Source of the DNA: a virus
Reading direction: 5' to 3' (one strand)
IMG/VR virus record: IMGVR_UViG_3300034073_002585
Coordinates: 32,001 to 96,000 of that record
Length of the DNA stretch: 64,000 nucleotides
Both the position numbers and the translations under genes were made by a program. Each line of letters opens with the position of its first letter. The first letter of the stretch is position 1. Below, one piece after another: positions 29,223-38,566 of this stretch. Below the pieces are notes generated by a model, which was given only the letters and a program-made list of their open reading frames with translations, made no database searches and was not told the DNA's origin.

Positions 29223-30284
29223 ATGTATCTAAGAACAGAGGTCGCAGAGGCGACAGCACCAACACTAGCCACACTTGATTTTGACAAGTTGGTTGAACAA
29301 CTAAGCACCAGCCACACAAGTTCGGCGTTCGGAGTTACGACTTCCGTTCTTGACGACTTGCTACCAACAGAGGGTCGAGCCATGCTACGAACCAGAGGCG
29401 GTAAGGCAACCACTAAACTAGAGAGTGGAGAATCTGCCGAGGCAGAGCCAGTTCGACTAGAGGAAACTATGGAAACCACAACAGCCCTAGAGGGTGAGGA
29501 ATCCTACGCACGACCTAATGGCGACCTTTACTATGGTCGCAAGTGGGGCGACAATACAGATGTAGAAGTTCTACGCAAAGCCAGAGAAGCAGGGCAGTAT
29601 GTAATGCTTTATGGAGTTCCAGGAACAGGTAAGACTGCTATGGTCGAGGCTTCATTCCCAGACGAACTTTACACACTTCTCGGTTCTGGCGATACAGAGG
29701 TTGCCGACCTAGTTGGTTCGTATGTTCAGACCCCAAGCGGAAGTTTCGAGTGGGTGGACGGAGTTTTGACAAAAGCGGCTTCCGAGGGCAAGGTTCTATT
29801 CATAGACGAGGTTGGACTGATTGACCCAAAGGTTATGGCAGTTGTCTATGGACTTATGGACGGAAGAAAAGAGTTGGTTATCACAGCCAACCCAGAGCGA
29901 GGTGTCGTCAAAGCGCAAGAGGGCTTTTATGTTGTTTCGGCAACTAACCCAAATGTCGCAGGTGTCCGATTGAGCGAAGCCCTACTATCCCGATTCACCA
30001 TTCAGGCAGAACTGACGACTGATTGGAACTTGGCACGCAAACTTGGCGTTCCACAGACAGCAGTTGTCGCCAGCCAGAATCTCGCAAAGAAAATGGAAAA
30101 TGGCGAAACTTCATGGTCGCCACAAATGCGAGAACTACTAGCGTTTCGTGACCTAGCCAAATTGTTTGGGACGAAGTGGGCAGTTCAAAACTTGCTTGCT
30201 TCCGCACCAGAGATTGACAGACCAGTCGCTTCTGATGTCTTTACCAGAGTATTCGGAGAGGCGATTCTGCCAGCCAAGATTTAG
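29223..30284 (+). CDS. MoxR/CbbQ-type AAA+ ATPase
   Basis: GVPGTGKT Walker A, FIDE Walker B, ATNP, ALLSRF. Confidence 0.9.
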   Translation: MYLRTEVAEATAPTLATLDFDKLVEQLSTSHTSSAFGVTTSVLDDLLPTEGRAMLRTRGGKATTKLESGESAEAEPVRLEETMETTTALEGEESYARPNGDLYYGRKWGDNTDVEVLRKAREAGQYVMLYGVPGTGKTAMVEASFPDELYTLLGSGDTEVADLVGSYVQTPSGSFEWVDGVLTKAASEGKVLFIDEVGLIDPKVMAVVYGLMDGRKELVITANPERGVVKAQEGFYVVSATNPNVAGVRLSEALLSRFTIQAELTTDWNLARKLGVPQTAVVASQNLAKKMENGETSWSPQMRELLAFRDLAKLFGTKWAVQNLLASAPEIDRPVASDVFTRVFGEAILPAKI

Positions 30285-30409
30285 TGGTAGTTGTGTCCCA
30301 CTAAAAAGTGGGGAGTGTCAAAAAAGTTTTTTTGGAAATGGACTTGACACTCCCCCAAAATCATGGTTCAATTAGACATAACAAAAAATGCCAGATGAAA
30401 GGGAAGCAA

Positions 30410-32263
30410 ATGGCACACTACAAAGTAAAAGGGAAGTCAAGACTTACCAGTCGCACAGCGACAACCAACCCAGAGTGGTTGGCAGTATGTTCACAGATTG
30501 GTCGCCTAGTCAATGATTGGTCGTGGCGTTCAGACCTAGTTGTCTATGGTGGCGAAGATTCTGCCGAGGGTAGAGCAGTCGCCGCTTTTTATTCAGAGAT
30601 TGCCGAGATTGAGATAAACATTCCAAAGGCTTTCGGCGAAGCAACACCAGCAGATTTTGTTGGCGACATGACCCAGAGGGCAACTCACTACGAGTTCCCA
30701 ATGGTTACAGGAATCCTATTCCACGAAGCCCTACACGCACGCCACACGAATTGGGACATTCCAAGATTGCTAGAGGCACTTGACCCGACAGAGAGCCAAG
30801 CCTTTATGTTGCTAGAGGAATCCCGTATCGAAGCAAAGGGTGTCAAAGAGCGACCAGAGAATCGCCTATTCCTACGCACTTCTGCCCTAGACATGGCACT
30901 AGAGGAAGTTACCAGCCAGACCCTAGAGAACTTGGGTAGCGACCTATGGCAGACAGCACACCTAGCAGGGTTGGCTATCGCCAGAGTAGATTCTGGCGTG
31001 TTAGAGGTTGCCGACATTCAAGAGATTTACAACTCGGTGGTTTCGGTTATGGGCAAGGAATTGTTTGACGAACTACGCAAAGTTTGGATTGAGTTTCAGG
31101 CACTAGGCGTTCCACAGATTGAGCGAGCGATTGAGTTGGCTAAGAAGTGGGTTGAGTTGCTACGACAGGCAGACCCAGAGGGCGAGCCTAGTGGTGGTGG
31201 ACACGCTTTTGAGGAATCAGAGGAATCTGACGAGGGCGAGGGCGAGGGCGAATCTGGCGAGGGCAAGTCTGACACCATGAAGCAGATGATTGCCAAGTTG
31301 TCGGAATCTGCCTTGACCACAGAACTAAACGCCAATGATTCTCTCGCAGACCTAGAAACCAAAGAAAAGTGGGACGAGGAATCAAAGGCACGCCAGAGCC
31401 AAGCCAAGCAGACCAACCAGCGCAAGCAACAAGCCAAAGAGGTTTTTCACAAGCAACACAACCAAGAGGGCGGTAATGGTTCAGGTTCAAGAGTGGACAC
31501 TCGCAGACAGCCCACAGGCGCAGAGCGAGCCAGCGCAGTCCAGATTGCCAAGTCACTTGAAAAGGCAAAGTATCGTGAGCGTTCGGTTCACACACGCAAG
31601 ACCCAAGCCCCAATGGGCAAACTGATTATGCGAAACGCAATTCAGAACAAGGCTATGGAAGCACAAGGCAAGCGTGGCGACTTGCCAGCGTGGAAGTCCA
31701 AGACCCGAAAGCACACAGACGACCCAACGCTAAGGCTCGGTGTCATGGTGGACATTTCAGGTTCTATGGGTTCGGCTATGGAATCTATGGGACAGACAGC
31801 GTGGATTATGAGCGAGGCAGGTCGCAGGATTCAGGCAGAAACAGCCATGATTTATTACGGAAGCGGAATCTTCCCGACCTTGAAGCGTGGACAGCGTTTG
31901 AGCGAGGTGACTATCTATACCGCACCAGACGGAACAGAAAAGTTTGGCGAGGCGTTTGAAGCACTTGACGGAGAACTTGGACTGACTTTCGGTGACGGAG
32001 TTCGTATGTTGGTCGTGGTGTCGGACGGAAACTACACGCCGAGCCAGACGGACAGAGCCAAGCAGATTCTCGCAGAGTGCCGACAGAGTGGCGTGGCGGT
32101 TCTATGGATTACACCGAGAGGTTGCTACTCGTATGGTGCGAAAGACATTCTCGGAAGTTCGGCGTGGGGAGTTCACTTGGACGACCTAGACACCGCCGAG
32201 ATTGCGAGGCTTGTCGGCAAGTCGGCGAGCGAAGCGTTAGCAAAGGTTGGTTCGCAGATGTAG
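30410..32263 (+). CDS. VWA domain protein with N-terminal HExxH domain (CobT-like AAA partner)
   Basis: FHEALH, EESRIE, acidic linker, DISGSM MIDAS, VSDG. Confidence 0.85.
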   Translation: MAHYKVKGKSRLTSRTATTNPEWLAVCSQIGRLVNDWSWRSDLVVYGGEDSAEGRAVAAFYSEIAEIEINIPKAFGEATPADFVGDMTQRATHYEFPMVTGILFHEALHARHTNWDIPRLLEALDPTESQAFMLLEESRIEAKGVKERPENRLFLRTSALDMALEEVTSQTLENLGSDLWQTAHLAGLAIARVDSGVLEVADIQEIYNSVVSVMGKELFDELRKVWIEFQALGVPQIERAIELAKKWVELLRQADPEGEPSGGGHAFEESEESDEGEGEGESGEGKSDTMKQMIAKLSESALTTELNANDSLADLETKEKWDEESKARQSQAKQTNQRKQQAKEVFHKQHNQEGGNGSGSRVDTRRQPTGAERASAVQIAKSLEKAKYRERSVHTRKTQAPMGKLIMRNAIQNKAMEAQGKRGDLPAWKSKTRKHTDDPTLRLGVMVDISGSMGSAMESMGQTAWIMSEAGRRIQAETAMIYYGSGIFPTLKRGQRLSEVTIYTAPDGTEKFGEAFEALDGELGLTFGDGVRMLVVVSDGNYTPSQTDRAKQILAECRQSGVAVLWITPRGCYSYGAKDILGSSAWGVHLDDLDTAEIARLVGKSASEALAKVGSQM

Positions 32264-32552
32264 TCGAGCCACAACGGATTGCCTAACCGAGAGGTTGAGC
32301 GAAAGGTGATTACCCCCCTTTATCACTACTAGTTCCCAAACGGATAGGTAATAGAAGCCCCCACAGCCAAGTGCTTCCCCCAGTCTTGGTTCGTGGGGGT
32401 TTCGTCTTTTGACCCAGACCATTTTTTGACTGAAGGTGTGTATTTATTTTTTGTTACGACTTTTGAAAAAAGACTTGTTTTGTTTGCGAAACCTAGTAGG
32501 ATTGGAGTATCCAATCAGGGACGAAATAGAAGTAGTCCCAAAAAGGGGAGAG

Positions 32553-32891
32553 ATGACGAAAGTCACCAAAGCCCAGCCAGTCGGCTCAAAGACTGACACG
32601 AAGGTAACTCGTAAGTTCGTTACCAAACTCAACGAGTTCGTTGAGGTTCGTTCTCTACAAAACCTCTACAAGAAGTTGGCTGACGAGGGTCGTGCCGAAA
32701 TCTTCAACGAGGTGGGGGAAGCCGAGCAGGTGCTAATCCACAATGGCGTTCGGGTTGCGATTATCAGTAAGGTAACCAAGCCCGACATTGACAAGAAACT
32801 TCTCGCCGAGAAGTATCCAGAGGCTTTTGCCGCTTGCTCAATCACTCGTGACGAGTTCCACATCAAGACAGCAACTCCGACCAAGAGATAA
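32553..32891 (+). CDS. hypothetical early protein (paralog of 40109..40474)
   Basis: IDKKLLAEKYPEAF versus IDEEKLAKDFPEAY. Confidence 0.7.
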   Translation: MTKVTKAQPVGSKTDTKVTRKFVTKLNEFVEVRSLQNLYKKLADEGRAEIFNEVGEAEQVLIHNGVRVAIISKVTKPDIDKKLLAEKYPEAFAACSITRDEFHIKTATPTKR

Positions 32892-33040
32892 CCAGAGAGG
32901 GGGTTGGGCGAAAGCCCAGCCCCTTTTCTCAAAATGCCGTTGTATTTATTTTTTGTATGACTTTTGACTCGCCGAGGCGTGCCGTAGAAAATGTCAGAGG
33001 TTAGTAGTAAATTGGTAGTAACAAGAAAGGGGGTTCTCAA

Positions 33041-33382
33041 ATGAGAGAGCCAGTAGCACTAGACCCAGTAGGCGTGGCAGGACTTAGCCTCACCATGATT
33101 GGAGTTCTCGTTGAGCAGTATGTAAGAGAGGGTTACGCCGACCCAACCATGTATCGGGCATTGAAAGGGGCAGGCGAACTAGCGGAACACCTACGGGAGT
33201 GGGTTATGTCAGAAGCACCAGACGAAACGGAACTGCTTGACGGCGTGACCGACTTACTTATGAACCTAGAACTTACCGCTATGGAGTGTGGCGAGGTCGT
33301 AAACCGAATCATTGACGAACACGGCTTGCCTGTTGATAAAAAGTCGTGGACACGGCTTGACATTGACGGCACGCAGGACTAA
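33041..33382 (+). CDS. hypothetical early protein
   Basis: AAAGGGGG RBS. Confidence 0.7.
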   Translation: MREPVALDPVGVAGLSLTMIGVLVEQYVREGYADPTMYRALKGAGELAEHLREWVMSEAPDETELLDGVTDLLMNLELTAMECGEVVNRIIDEHGLPVDKKSWTRLDIDGTQD

Positions 33383-33392
33383 GGTGGTAGGT

Positions 33393-33686
33393 ATGAAGTT
33401 CTATCAAGCACTCGGCGAGGTAATCAGAGAGCAACGGCTTGCCAAAGAGATGACCCTTCGTGATGTAGCCCAGACGGGTTATGTTTCTATGGGACACCTG
33501 TCAGATGTGGAGTGTGGACGGAAAGAGGGTTCTTCCCAGTTCATTCACGCAGTTGCTAACGGCATAGGCATAGAGCCTCACGAACTAATTTTGAAGGCAG
33601 GTTTCAGAATGGCAGACCTGACCATTCCAGATACACCAGAAAAACTTTTATTGGGCGATTCGCAATTCGAGACAGCCAGACTCTAG
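33393..33686 (+). CDS. XRE-family regulator, ClgR-like
   Basis: LGEVIREQR....TLRDVA....VSMGHLSDVECGRKEGSS. Confidence 0.75.
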   Translation: MKFYQALGEVIREQRLAKEMTLRDVAQTGYVSMGHLSDVECGRKEGSSQFIHAVANGIGIEPHELILKAGFRMADLTIPDTPEKLLLGDSQFETARL

Positions 33687-33873
33687 AAGTCTGAAACCCA
33701 AAGACCCTAGCGAGTGGAAACGCTAGGGTTTTTGCATTTCCAAATTTTCTTGTTTGGCGTGTATTTATTTTTTGTTTGGCTTCCAATCGCTTTTGATGAA
33801 AATGTCTGCCAATCCTGATAGAGTTTTCTTGTTGGGAGTTCCAAGTGTGAACTACAACAGAAAGGGGTAGCAG

Positions 33874-34221
33874 ATGAGCAAGTCTGCTTTTTTGATTCGA
33901 GAGGATTTTTCTTTCGAGCGTTTGGAGTTAGAGGGCAACACCTTGAAGGTGTTACAGAGTGCCGTTGATGGCTTGATTCAACCTGTTGATTTGAGCGACA
34001 GCCTGACTGTCTGGGTAAATGAAGAGGGGCTATTCAGAAATGATTTTGATGTGAACCTTTTTGCTACTGCTATTTATCACCAAGCATTTCCGACTGCGGA
34101 TAACCCACTTGTAGGCCCTGCCGTCTTTACAGGTGGTTCTGATGATGAGGGCAACACCCTCGGATTGAGCGAGCAGATGATTGCCAACCTAGCGACATGG
34201 GCTCTGGCTCTCGCCAAGTAA
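33874..34221 (+). CDS. DUF3846-like protein
   Basis: LQSAVDGLIQ...VNEEG....N..AT....LVG.AVFTG. Confidence 0.75.
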   Translation: MSKSAFLIREDFSFERLELEGNTLKVLQSAVDGLIQPVDLSDSLTVWVNEEGLFRNDFDVNLFATAIYHQAFPTADNPLVGPAVFTGGSDDEGNTLGLSEQMIANLATWALALAK

Positions 34222-34389
34222 CACAGAGGTAAGACTGCCCCCGCTTCGGCGGGGGTTTTCTTTTTTCCGTTTTTTGTGCGGGTAGCGTGTATTTATTTTT
34301 TGTATGAAGTTTTTATGAAATGCCGACAATAAACTTGATAATGTCAGAGTGCCGTGCTTTACTAGAGGTATCCAAGAAAAGGAGAGGGA

Positions 34390-34632
34390 ATGTTCAGTAA
34401 CTATCCAGAGGGTTCAATGCGAGGCTCGGGTATCTATTCGGTTGAGGTGTCTTATGACGCTTTCGATTGCGAGAACGAGGAGTGCGGACAGCACAACGAG
34501 GCTGGCGATACTGCGACTGATGACTGGGGACACTACACGATTGAGTGCGAGTTCTGCGGAGTGACCTACACAGAGAGCAGTCTGGCACAGGACAAAGATG
34601 ATTACTACGCCGACTATTCCGAGGACAGGTAG
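34390..34632 (+). CDS. small acidic zinc-ribbon protein
   Basis: C....C and CxxC motifs; AAGGAG RBS. Confidence 0.7.
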   Translation: MFSNYPEGSMRGSGIYSVEVSYDAFDCENEECGQHNEAGDTATDDWGHYTIECEFCGVTYTESSLAQDKDDYYADYSEDR

Positions 34633-34640
34633 GGGCTAAA

Positions 34641-34781
34641 ATGGCAACGCAATACGAATACGAATGTCGCTCTTGTGGAAGTGCGGTTTGGCTAGACCAA
34701 GAACAGCACGACCACTACGAGAGCAACAAAGAAAAGGGAAGCGGGTTCACAATGCCAAAGTGCGCCGACTGCTGGAAATAG
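34641..34781 (+). CDS. small zinc-ribbon protein (46 aa)
   Basis: Manual translation with CRSC...CADC. Confidence 0.6.
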   Translation: MATQYEYECRSCGSAVWLDQEQHDHYESNKEKGSGFTMPKCADCWK

Positions 34782-34792
34782 GGAGAGGAAAA

Positions 34793-34993
34793 ATGACAAC
34801 AACGACCCGCTACTGCTGGAACTGCGAGGAAGAACTAAACGCCGAGAACACAGGTTCTTATGGTGGGTTCGATTCAAGCAACCACTACTATTCAAGTATC
34901 TATGGCGGAGATGGCGACACAGCGCCGTTCACAAAGTGCGACTCTTGTTTTGATGCCGACAACGACAGATATCTAGAGAGCCTTTACGAGTAG
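34793..34993 (+). CDS. small zinc-ribbon protein
   Basis: CWNC...CDSC; GAGAGG RBS. Confidence 0.65.
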   Translation: MTTTTRYCWNCEEELNAENTGSYGGFDSSNHYYSSIYGGDGDTAPFTKCDSCFDADNDRYLESLYE

Positions 34994-35206
34994 GCAATAC
35001 CAAAGATTTACTGCCCAATAATTCTGTGCGGGACACAGAGTTGGGCAGTTTTTTATTGCCGATTTTTGGCGACTATTTTTTGTTCTTCGAGTGTATTTAT
35101 TTTTTGTTCCAGGCTGCCGAAACTTTTTACTAATGATTTGACTTCGCCGACCAAACCTAGTATCTTTGTAAGTGTCAGAAAGACACAGAGTGAAAGGAAT
35201 CCAGAA

Positions 35207-35476
35207 ATGGAAACGACAAAAGAAGTAATCAAGGCTAGACTCATGGAGATTGAGGAGCGCCAAAAAGAACTGGCACAGAGTCGCCGAGAGATGGCACTAG
35301 ACATGGCTGTTGAAGTTGGGACAGACGAGCTAGTTGGTATCAACCTTGACTCACTATCAAAGTGGGCAAGAAGAATTAGGAAAGTCAATACAGAGATGAA
35401 AGTTTTGGCAGACGAGCGCCGTTGGTTGAGAGAGAGCAGACGCCGACTCAACCCTTGCGAGTGCGACTGCCACTAA
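35207..35476 (+). CDS. coiled-coil early protein
   Basis: GAAAGGA RBS, ATG 35207. Confidence 0.65.
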   Translation: METTKEVIKARLMEIEERQKELAQSRREMALDMAVEVGTDELVGINLDSLSKWARRIRKVNTEMKVLADERRWLRESRRRLNPCECDCH

Positions 35477-35672
35477 GGTTAGTCCCCCCTAACCCCCGCC
35501 CCCGTCAGAGAAATCTGGCGGGGGTTTTCTTTTTGTCGTTCGTTGAATTTTTCATTGAGAGCTGTACAAAAAATAAATACAAGTAGGTAGCACAATAATT
35601 TTTGCTGCCGTGTTTCTTTTGTTTTTCTTCTTTTTACTGCTATACTTGATGTAATCAAGAAAGGGGGACACA

Positions 35673-35972
35673 ATGTCCACAAGCACCACCACCGCCCGCA
35701 ACGAGTTTCTTTCCGCCGTATGCGAGCCACTACGCACCATCACTAGCGAGAACCTCACCAAGAGCGCATGGGTAGCTGGAGTTGAAATCATTGCTCTGGC
35801 AAATCGCCTTGCCGACCTTGAGGTTTCCGTAGAGCTTCTAGAGAACGAAATCAAGCTAGGCAACCTCCACTTCGCCGTTGATGGTCACAACTGGAGCGAC
35901 TACGCAAAGGTTTACAACAACAACTTTGTGGAACTGTGCCAGTTGCTACGAGCAAGAAGGCTTGCTAAGTAG
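35673..35972 (+). CDS. hypothetical early protein
   Basis: TGCTATACT promoter; AAAGGGGG RBS. Confidence 0.7.
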   Translation: MSTSTTTARNEFLSAVCEPLRTITSENLTKSAWVAGVEIIALANRLADLEVSVELLENEIKLGNLHFAVDGHNWSDYAKVYNNNFVELCQLLRARRLAK

Positions 35973-36151
35973 TATCCAAAACACCAAGCCCCCTGTTTCG
36001 GCAGGGGGTTTCTTTTTGCCGTGACGAGAAAGTCTCCCTCTTTCTGTGTGTATTTATTTTTTGTCCAGGACTTCAACATGCCGACAACTTTTTGTCAAAA
36101 TGTCTCTTATGGGTGCTATGCTCTAAGTAACCAAAGAAAGGGGACAACCAA

Positions 36152-36328
36152 ATGGTTGGAGTAGGGCAGCTACTAAGTAGCTTGAATTTGAATGTGATTG
36201 CGAGCGCCGTAGAAGGCGAGACAACAGTTCCTTGGACTCTTTTGTTAGAAGATGAGGAATTCCTAAAGATAGCAAAATACGCCAACACCTTACAAGAGGT
36301 TGTTGACTGGGTAAACGAGAACTACTAG
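36152..36328 (+). CDS. small early protein (58 aa)
   Basis: Manual translation; AAAGGGG RBS. Confidence 0.6.
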   Translation: MVGVGQLLSSLNLNVIASAVEGETTVPWTLLLEDEEFLKIAKYANTLQEVVDWVNENY

Positions 36329-36335
36329 GGGGTGA

Positions 36336-36539
36336 ATGATGAGCGTAAAGTATCCAGAGATTGAAGTTCAACTTTCGGGAAATGATGGAAATGCTTATGC
36401 GATTATGGGGGCGATACAGAAAGCCCTACGCCGAGCAGAGGTTCCACAACACGAAATTGAGCAATACCTAAACCAATCCATGAGCGGAGACTATGACAAC
36501 CTTTTGCGGGTTGCCATGAATTGGGTGACAGTTCACTAA
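36336..36539 (+). CDS. conserved small phage protein
   Basis: L.G.DGNAYAIMG...SGDYDNLL pattern. Confidence 0.75.
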   Translation: MMSVKYPEIEVQLSGNDGNAYAIMGAIQKALRRAEVPQHEIEQYLNQSMSGDYDNLLRVAMNWVTVH

Positions 36540-36704
36540 TCAAACCAAAGACAAACCCTCGCAAAGTTGCGGGGGTTTTTCTTTTTCCCGTGATAATTTC
36601 GGCGCTCGCCGTATGTATTTATTTTTTGTCTAGCTCATCAGCAACAGATTTGCGGTTTATGTGTGTGCCGTGTTAGGGTATGAGTATCAAGAAAGGAGTT
36701 CCCT

Positions 36705-37091
36705 ATGGGAGCAAGAACAGTTTGGGAGATTCGGACTTATTCCGACAGGCCCTCTATTTATCTATACAGCCACTGGGGTGGCGACACTAAGTGGATTGAC
36801 ACAGTTCAAGCCTTAGAGCAAGCTAGATTCCGCTGGGATGACCCGAGTTATGGAGCAAGGATTTTCATTAGCCAGATTGTTGGAAGCCAATGGGACCTAG
36901 AAACAGGATTCGGTATCACTGCTGGAGATTCTGGAGAAGTTCCATTCGAGGAGAGCTATTTCAATGCGGTAATAGATTTCTCATCAAAGACAGTGACCCT
37001 AGGAGAGCACCTATACACTTTCGAGGAGTTTGTGTCCGCCGATGACATTACTGAACAGCTTGGCAATGAGTTCTGGGAGGTTAGCGCCTAA
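36705..37091 (+). CDS. hypothetical early protein
   Basis: MGAR...YLYSHWGG...RWDDPSY..RI. Confidence 0.75.
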   Translation: MGARTVWEIRTYSDRPSIYLYSHWGGDTKWIDTVQALEQARFRWDDPSYGARIFISQIVGSQWDLETGFGITAGDSGEVPFEESYFNAVIDFSSKTVTLGEHLYTFEEFVSADDITEQLGNEFWEVSA

Positions 37092-37375
37092 TGGGTAATC
37101 TACAAGCTCAAGAAATGGCGGCGCTCACTGACCTTGACATAGCGCTAACTTGGCACCTGCGGTCGAACCACTATCCACCCGTGCCGTTGACAATGCTTGA
37201 ACCATGTAAACAAGCGATTGACGCTTACTGGGAAGATGACCTAGATAGGCAGATTGACTTGAATGGAAGTTTCTACAGGGGCGAACCTTTTGCCCCTGCT
37301 AGAGAGATTATTATCGCTCATCACCTAGACGCTTGGTGTGAGGGCGAGGAAGAGGAGTTCGACGATGCCGATTAA
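37091..37375 (+). CDS. hypothetical early protein
   Basis: WHLRSNHYPPVP...HHLDAW. Confidence 0.7.
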   Translation: MGNLQAQEMAALTDLDIALTWHLRSNHYPPVPLTMLEPCKQAIDAYWEDDLDRQIDLNGSFYRGEPFAPAREIIIAHHLDAWCEGEEEEFDDAD

Positions 37376-37763
37376 GGATAAGGAGAAATACAATGCTTAC
37401 ATGCGGGAATACAACAACAGAACCTATGCCCTTAGGTGTGACAAGTTCCGAGCCCAATTAGGCAACAAGTGCACAAAGTGCGAGAGCACAGATAGCCTAA
37501 ATTTCAGTGGCACCACCCCGCTAGGTAAGTCTTTTGATTTGTCGCGCCGAATGACTAGTGCACCAATGAAAGACTTGCAAGAGCTTTTTGACAACAGCAA
37601 CTACACGCTATTGTGCAACAAGTGCCTAGCAAAGCAAACCAAAGGCGTAGAGCATGGAGGAGGTATTTCTGGCGTGCGGAATTGTAAGTGCGATTTGTGT
37701 AAAGCTAAGAAAGCCGAATACATGCGGAGCTACATGAAGAAGAAACGAGCTACAATAGACTAG
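37365..37763 (+). CDS. HNH-like zinc-binding protein (possibly degenerate)
   Basis: LGNKCTKC...LLCNKC...CKCDLC; the canonical DH is missing. Confidence 0.55.
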   Translation: MPIKDKEKYNAYMREYNNRTYALRCDKFRAQLGNKCTKCESTDSLNFSGTTPLGKSFDLSRRMTSAPMKDLQELFDNSNYTLLCNKCLAKQTKGVEHGGGISGVRNCKCDLCKAKKAEYMRSYMKKKRATID

Positions 37764-38014
37764 CCAAAGCAATGTCGCTTGGCTATTGCTAGAGATTTTG
37801 TCCCCCCTTTCTCTCTAGCATGCGGGTTACAACTTTCCCCCCTTTAGTTGTAACCCGCTTTTTCTTTTTTGTCGCCTGCTTTTTCTCTTCCGTTGAGTGT
37901 ATTTATTTTTTGTTCAACTTTAGCCACGCCGTCAAATAAAGTGCTTGACTAATTTGACAGGACTGGTAGGCTTATTACATCAGCCAAAAGGTTGGTAAAA
38001 GGAAAGGGGACAAA

Positions 38015-38230
38015 ATGTTCACACTAAGAAGGTTCGCAGGTGCAGTAATCACCATGCCAATCGTGTTCGGTATCTATGCGGTTATCTACTTTGGTCTAGG
38101 TCTAGTAGCAAACAGCTACATGAGTATTGGACTATTCACCCAAAACCTATACGCCGTTGGATTCGGCTGGGTGATTGCGGTTACATTCGCTAAGCAGTTC
38201 TTCAACCTAATCGAAAAGCTAGGAGAGTAA
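38015..38230 (+). CDS. small membrane protein
   Basis: Two TM helices; AAAGGGG RBS. Confidence 0.7.
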   Translation: MFTLRRFAGAVITMPIVFGIYAVIYFGLGLVANSYMSIGLFTQNLYAVGFGWVIAVTFAKQFFNLIEKLGE

Positions 38231-38232
38231 TA

Positions 38233-38385
38233 ATGGAAAACATCATTGAAGCAGTGCTACTAATCGGAGTAGCGTTCATTCCAGTAGGAGCGTTCTTGCT
38301 AGGGTTCGTAGTCGCCAAGATTTCTAATGGTGGTGGTAACCCGAAGGGTCGTCACGCCAAAGGTCGTGGCAGACACGCCAAGTAA
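38233..38385 (+). CDS. small membrane protein with GRHAK repeats (50 aa)
   Basis: Manual translation; AGGAG RBS. Confidence 0.6.
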   Translation: MENIIEAVLLIGVAFIPVGAFLLGFVVAKISNGGGNPKGRHAKGRGRHAK

Positions 38386-38566
38386 GTTCCACCGAAGCCC
38401 CTCGCAGAAATGTGGGGGGTTTCTTTTTTTGCGGGCAGCCTCTTATTTTTTTGTTTTTAGGTTGTATTTATTTTTTGTCTAACTTCAGACACACCTGCCG
38501 ACTTGATTTGCGATTACGGGTAGGAGGCTCTAAGCTATTACTAAGAACAAACAGGGAGGGGCAGAA

